From contig DYKX01000001.1 of assembly GCA_020722375.1 (NCBI GenBank), positions 5,243-67,260 of the forward strand: a DNA stretch of 62,018 nucleotides, in the 5' to 3' direction. Positions 57,571 through 62,018 of this stretch are shown piece by piece. Within the stretch, counting starts at the first letter, position 1, and every line of letters begins with the position of its first letter. The notes under the pieces are model-generated. The model had not been told where the DNA came from. It ran no database searches and saw only the letters and a list, made by a program, of their open reading frames with translations. The position numbers and the translations under genes are program-made. Origin of the DNA: Anaerolinea thermophila. Its GTDB lineage: Bacteria > Chloroflexota > Anaerolineae > Anaerolineales > Villigracilaceae.

Positions 57571-59598
57571 TTAATTCTCCAGGATCATCTTACCCATTTC
57601 CCTCACATCGTAGCCAGGCAGGGTGGATACGGCTTGGCGGAACTCGAGTCCGTTGATCAGATCAAAGAGTGGGGCAAGCAGGGGCGACTTCGCAAATTCG
57701 CTGGGAATGACCAGGTCATAACGCTCGTGAAAGAGCGGGACAAAATCGAGGTCGAGCGCCTGCGCCGCGGCTGGGATTCCCAACCCGCAGTCGGCGCGCC
57801 CCGAAGCCACCGCCGCCGCCACACCCAAATGGGTATATTCTTCCTGATTGTAGCCGCGAATGGCAGACGTGACTATCCCCATTAAGTTCAGTTGATAATC
57901 CAACAGGACGCGCGTCCCCGCGCCGCGCTGTCGGTTCACAAACCCGACCTCGGGCCGGGTGAGGTCTCCCAGGCTTTTGATCCCCTTCGGGTTGCCGCGC
58001 CGCACCATCAGCCCTTGTTCGCGGTGGACGAGGGTGACCAAATTCACTGGCACACCGGGCAGGTATTGACGAAGCGCGGCGAGATTATATTCGCCCGTTT
58101 CGGGGTCGAGCAGATGCGAACCCGCCAGATGCGCCTCGCCGCGTTTGAGCGCGATCAATCCGCCCTGCGAACCAACATTGGAGGAAACGAATCGGCGGTC
58201 ATGCTCCGCCAGGAATTGCGCCAGCAGATCGAGGATGACATCGTGCGAACCGATGCAAAAGATGGTCCTGTCCAGGTCGGCTTGACCGCGTACGAGTCGC
58301 ACGCGCACCTTCTGGCCCGCCTCCGCGCCCTGCGTGCCGCGCGGCAGAACGAGCAATCCGTCCGCGCGGACGAGCGAGGTGATGACGCCCGCCCCGCGTG
58401 ACAGCGGCGCGGCGAGCAGTTTTTCGCCCACGCGTCCCACCGCCACGCGGATGTAATCGTCATCGCCCGCGGGGGATGTGGTCTTGCGCGTGAGCGAGGC
58501 TTCCACTTCGGGCAAATCCAGCGGAGGCCTGCCGAGCCATTTGGCAAGGATCGGCTCGATGAAGATGTCCACCGTCAGCGCGGCGGAGACGGGGTAGCCA
58601 GGAACGCCGATGATTGGCAATTGGTGATTGGTAATTGGTAATTGGGATTCTTCGTGTTGTGTATGTGCCTGTGTATCTGTGTACGTGTCTACGTATGTAC
58701 GTTCCACCATTCCCAAAATGACCGGATGCCCCGGACGGACGGCGATGCCATGTACCAAAAGCGTGCCGAGTTTTTCAACGACTTTGGCGGAGAAATCTTC
58801 TGCGCCCGCGGAGGAGCCTGCGTTGAGGAGGATGAGGTCGTGGTCTTTTGCGGCTTCTTCCACGCGGGCACAGATGGCATCGAAGTTGTCGGGGGTGATG
58901 GGGAAACGCGTCGGGATGCCGCCCATGGCTTTGATTTGCGCGGCAAGGACGAGTGAGTTGTATTCGAGGATGTCGCCGCGTTTGAGTTCGCTTCCGATCG
59001 GGACGAGTTCCGTCCCCGTCGGGAGGATGGCGACCCTCGGAGGCCGCGCCACTTTCAGGTCCGCGTGACCCGAAGCGGCGACTGCGCCCAAATCCGCTGG
59101 GCGGAGGGTGTGTCCCGCGGGCAGGACGAGTTGCGTCGCCACAATGTCCTCCCCCAGCGGGCGGACGTTAGTCCAAGGCGCGACCGCGGCGCGAATCCGA
59201 ATCGAGGTCGGATGCCGCAGGTCGGAGGTCAAATTCCCGTTAGTGTCGAGCGATTCGACATTTTCGATGGGGATGACCGCGTTGGCCCAATCGGGGAGCG
59301 GGTCGCCTGTGTCCACATATTGAGATTGGTTATTGGAGATTGGCAATTGAATGGGAGTTGCGGGGCCCGCGCCTTCGGTGTCTTCGGCACGGAGGGCAAA
59401 ACCGTCCATGGCGGAGGCGTGATAATTGGGCGAGGAGACTTTGGCCCAGATGGGCTCGGCGGTGACGCGCCCGAGGGCGTTCTCGTCGAGGGGAATGGTT
59501 TCGACGCCAAGCACACGCCAGAGACCGGCTTCTTCGAGGGCCTGCTGGAGTCGTTTTTGTGCTTCGGGAAGGGGAATATCGTGGAGGTAGACGGACAT
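57571..59598 (-). CDS. moeA: Molybdopterin molybdotransferase MoeA fused to a PBP-like (molybdate/tungstate-binding) domain
   Basis: SAMDGFA, TGTEL, GSSAG..D, RPGHP, PGYPVS; C-terminal GSHD, NRQRGAGTR; start reset to MSVYLHD. Confidence 0.9.
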   Translation of the reverse strand: MSVYLHDIPLPEAQKRLQQALEEAGLWRVLGVETIPLDENALGRVTAEPIWAKVSSPNYHASAMDGFALRAEDTEGAGPATPIQLPISNNQSQYVDTGDPLPDWANAVIPIENVESLDTNGNLTSDLRHPTSIRIRAAVAPWTNVRPLGEDIVATQLVLPAGHTLRPADLGAVAASGHADLKVARPPRVAILPTGTELVPIGSELKRGDILEYNSLVLAAQIKAMGGIPTRFPITPDNFDAICARVEEAAKDHDLILLNAGSSAGAEDFSAKVVEKLGTLLVHGIAVRPGHPVILGMVERTYVDTYTDTQAHTQHEESQLPITNHQLPIIGVPGYPVSAALTVDIFIEPILAKWLGRPPLDLPEVEASLTRKTTSPAGDDDYIRVAVGRVGEKLLAAPLSRGAGVITSLVRADGLLVLPRGTQGAEAGQKVRVRLVRGQADLDRTIFCIGSHDVILDLLAQFLAEHDRRFVSSNVGSQGGLIALKRGEAHLAGSHLLDPETGEYNLAALRQYLPGVPVNLVTLVHREQGLMVRRGNPKGIKSLGDLTRPEVGFVNRQRGAGTRVLLDYQLNLMGIVTSAIRGYNQEEYTHLGVAAAVASGRADCGLGIPAAAQALDLDFVPLFHERYDLVIPSEFAKSPLLAPLFDLINGLEFRQAVSTLPGYDVREMGKMILEN

Positions 59599-59652
59599 GG
59601 GGGAAATATACCACAGGGGAGGCGCGGTGTATAATTGCAAACGAGGTGAAAG

Positions 59653-59865
59653 ATGACAGTTACTGACATTCTTAATTCTGTTAAATTTGTAGTCACCCCA
59701 GAGGGACGCCAATCCGCGGTTGTCGTGGACCTGGATGTTTGGGAACAAATCGTCACTCTGTTGGAAGATGCCGAAGATGCTGAAGAAATTAAGAAGGCAA
59801 GGATGGTTAAGGAAGAGACGATTCCGTGGAAAACGGCAAAGAAAGAATTGAACCTGGGGGAATAG
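59653..59865 (+). CDS. Antitoxin (RelB-like, acidic)
   Basis: 70 aa, LLEDAED...I, IPW...K.EL; directly upstream of RelE. Confidence 0.75.
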   Translation: MTVTDILNSVKFVVTPEGRQSAVVVDLDVWEQIVTLLEDAEDAEEIKKARMVKEETIPWKTAKKELNLGE

Positions 59866-59866
59866 C

Positions 59867-60118
59867 ATGTATCAACTCGGCTTGCGCCGCCAGGCACACA
59901 AAGACCTGGAATCCATCCCCGTTGATTATGCCCGCCTGATCGCAAAACACATTGATTCGCTTGAAGACAACCCGCGTCCCATTGACTCCAAAAAGTTAAA
60001 AGGGGATGCGGGTTATTCTTTGCGCGTTGGAACGTATCGGGTTCTTTACGATATTGACGATAAGACGAAAACCGTGATTGTTTATCGCATCAAACATCGC
60101 CGCGAGGCATATAGGTAA
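59867..60118 (+). CDS. RelE/ParE family toxin
   Basis: NPRP..SKKLKG, LRVGTYRVLY.ID, HRREAY. Confidence 0.92.
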   Translation: MYQLGLRRQAHKDLESIPVDYARLIAKHIDSLEDNPRPIDSKKLKGDAGYSLRVGTYRVLYDIDDKTKTVIVYRIKHRREAYR

Positions 60119-60121
60119 TCC

Positions 60122-60226
60122 ATGAAAGTCTTCCCTTCGATGAACTCAGGGCAACGCCTCTCCTCCACCTACAACGACCTGATCGAACATCGCAAAGCCG
60201 CACACACGAAAACCATCCACGAATGA
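60122..60226 (+). pseudogene. Truncated DUF4062-like gene start carrying a 24-nt repeat insertion
   Basis: MKVF[PSMNSGQR]LSSTYNDLIEHRKAA then stop; without the insert it reads like VF.SST..DL..HR. Confidence 0.65.
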
Positions 60227-60294
60227 AGCCACGAATACCAGACTCCCATTCGAGTATTCGTGCGATATACGTGGATGGTTCAACTGGAGAAAAA

Positions 60295-60666
60295 ATGAAA
60301 CAAATTCCAAAAGACCCAGCCCGTGAAGACCGTATTTCCGATGAAATCATCGTAGACGCCAATGGCGAAGACGAAGTCTTGATGGGCTGGTTGACTTATC
60401 TTCAAGACAATCTCGCCTGCCCCTTCGAAGCGGAATGTATCGTGGAAATGAAAATCTCCCCGCTTCGCAAAGGCGAGAAAGTCACCGTCCTTGAATTACT
60501 GGATGATGAGGAAAACCTGGGCAGCGACTTCTTCGTCCGAATCGAATGGAGCGGGCGCAAAATGGGTGTTCCGCTCGCGCAGTTGAAGCCGCTGAAAACC
60601 CCCAAAGAAACCAAACAAGCCATCGAAGACTGGCAGTATTGGAAAGCGAGAGGGTATTTGTTTTAA
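60295..60666 (+). CDS. CcbP-like (calcium-binding family) protein
   Basis: RE.RI..EIIVDA...E..MGW..YL...L..PF.A, VPL.QL, QAIEDW.YW. Confidence 0.78.
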   Translation: MKQIPKDPAREDRISDEIIVDANGEDEVLMGWLTYLQDNLACPFEAECIVEMKISPLRKGEKVTVLELLDDEENLGSDFFVRIEWSGRKMGVPLAQLKPLKTPKETKQAIEDWQYWKARGYLF

Positions 60667-60716
60667 TTCCGCTCTCGTCATTCAACATTCCCCTTTGCCT
60701 GTTGTATAATTGAGAC

Positions 60717-61019
60717 ATGCCCAAGCAAACCCGCTTGCAAAAGTTCATGGAAGTCCTCCACCAACAGCGTCCCATGCTGGCGGAGCAATACAACGTTAAC
60801 ACACTGGAAGTCTTCGGCTCCTACGTCCACCATGAACAACACAAAAACAGCGACCTCGATATTCTGGTCACATTCAGCAAACCGCCAAGTTTGTTCAAGT
60901 TTGTCCGTTTGGAAAATTACCTTTCAGACCTTCTAGGCGTTAAAGTGGATCTGGTAATGAAAGATTCGCTCAAACCTGCCATTGGGAAACATATTTTGCG
61001 CGAGGTTGTTCCCGTATGA
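60717..61019 (+). CDS. Minimal nucleotidyltransferase (MNT antitoxin-like)
   Basis: FGS......SDLDILV, KVDLV. Confidence 0.9.
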   Translation: MPKQTRLQKFMEVLHQQRPMLAEQYNVNTLEVFGSYVHHEQHKNSDLDILVTFSKPPSLFKFVRLENYLSDLLGVKVDLVMKDSLKPAIGKHILREVVPV

Positions 61020-61036
61020 GCAGAGCGTGTAACTTC

Positions 61037-61069
61037 AAAACTCCGAGGGGCGAAAACCTCGGAGTTTTT
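61037..61069 (+). terminator. Intrinsic terminator
   Basis: AAAACTCCGAGG...CCTCGGAGTTTTT. Confidence 0.8.
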
Positions 61070-61190
61070 GTTTTAAAACGTGTTTGGTTGTAAAATCATC
61101 CCGTCATTGGAGACCGAATGGCTGTAGTGGGAAACACGCCAGGCTCGCTACCCAAGATTTGACACACATCAAATTTAGGAGAAAATGACC

Positions 61191-62018
61191 ATGCACTACC
61201 CCCCCGAACCGTTCCGCATCAAAGTGACCGAACCCATCCGCCTGATCTCGCGCGAGGCGAGAGAAACCGCGCTGAAAGAAGCGGGCTACAACCTCTTCGC
61301 CGTCAAGGCCGAAGACATCTTCATTGACCTGCTGACCGACAGCGGCACGGGCGCGATGAGCCACGACCAGTGGGCCGCGCTCATGCACGGCGACGAGTCC
61401 TACGCGGGCGCGCGCTCGTTCATCCGTCTCAAGGCCGCGGTGGAGGATATCTTCGGCTTCAAGTATTTCGTCCCCGCGCACCAGGGACGCGCCGCCGAAA
61501 ACATCCTGTCCGCGGTGCTCGTCAAGCCTGGGATGTACGTCCCGAGCAACATGCACTTCGACACCACCGACGCCAACATCCGCGCGCGAGGCGGGCGTCC
61601 GACCAACCTCGTCATTGACGAGGCCTTCGATCCGTCCAACCCGCATCCGTTTAAAGGCAACATGGATATTGCCAAACTCAAAGCGTTCATCGAAAAGACG
61701 GGCAAGGACAAAATCCCCTTCGGCATGATCACCGTCACCAACAACGCGGGCGGCGGGCAACCCATCTCGATGGCGAATCTTAAAGCCGTGGCCGAGACCT
61801 ATCACTCCCACGGCATCCCGTTTTTCATAGATGCGGCGCGCTACGCCGAGAACGCCTACTTCATCAAACAACGCGAGAAGGGCTACGAAAACAAATCGCC
61901 CATCGAGATCGCCCGCGAAATGTTCAGCCTCGCCGACGGCATGTGCATGTCCGCCAAAAAGGATGCCATCGTCAACATCGGCGGCCTGCTGTGCCTGAAC
62001 GACGAGGCCGTCTTCCAA
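61191..62018 (+). CDS. tnaA: Tryptophanase (beta-eliminating lyase), 5' part; runs off the window
   Basis: Missing from the ORF track; [49 protein letters not shown]; FDTT and SAKKD favour TnaA over TPL. Confidence 0.85.
   Translation, partial: MHYPPEPFRIKVTEPIRLISREARETALKEAGYNLFAVKAEDIFIDLLTDSGTGAMSHDQWAALMHGDESYAGARSFIRLKAAVEDIFGFKYFVPAHQGRAAENILSAVLVKPGMYVPSNMHFDTTDANIRARGGRPTNLVIDEAFDPSNPHPFKGNMDIAKLKAFIEKTGKDKIPFGMITVTNNAGGGQPISMANLKAVAETYHSHGIPFFIDAARYAENAYFIKQREKGYENKSPIEIAREMFSLADGMCMSAKKDAIVNIGGLLCLNDEAVFQ

Noticed and set aside
59599-59868. N-terminal extensions given by the ORF track (MoeA to 59868, FAAL to 8312, TadG from 26097)
   Set aside because: They overlap other genes or terminators; homology motifs, RBS positions or gene overlaps indicate downstream starts.
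61108-61120. Glycine riboswitch (GGAGA/CCGAA)
   Set aside because: The motifs are directly adjacent with no intervening stems, and the other conserved elements are absent.
61104-62018. 304-aa minus-strand ORF; tyrosine phenol-lyase call
   Set aside because: The ORF is the antisense shadow of the plus-strand lyase, and FDTT and SAKKD fit tryptophanase better than TPL.

Overview
A 62-kb, moderately GC-rich bacterial chromosomal segment. Its gene style and intergenic repeat families suggest Chloroflexota/Anaerolineales, but that is inference. Left to right it holds: (1) an Lrp-regulated amine/omega-amino-acid catabolic operon (two class III aminotransferases plus mmsA); (2) a two-S1-domain RNA-binding protein; (3) a damaged dlt-like acylation operon (DltX-like 43-aa peptide, MBOAT, SGNH/DltD-like, ACP) that has a fatty acyl-AMP ligase where DltA would be; (4) prfB with its programmed +1 frameshift, ftsY, trxA, two Thr-rich lipoproteins and an Asp-type murA; (5) a prepilin peptidase plus TadE/TadG pseudopilin cluster, with a 935-aa FN3-repeat surface protein lying between 252-bp direct repeats of a tadG 3' end; (6) glmS behind an expanded glmS ribozyme, a third TadG, a GldAFG-like ABC system and a primary sigma70; (7) a ~14-kb array of GT-C-like membrane glycosyltransferases; (8) a complete A2-type caa3 oxidase operon with assembly factors and a Cys-rich NarL-type two-component system; (9) bcp, a cytochrome c, a CheY-like protein, MoeA-PBP, a small toxin-antitoxin island and the 5' part of tryptophanase. 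The most notable signals are the FAAL-fed Dlt-like system, short repeats inserted in frame into proteins and into a ribozyme, the tadG tail duplication, and several gene-fusion/deletion scars. No database searches were run: all calls come from reading motifs.
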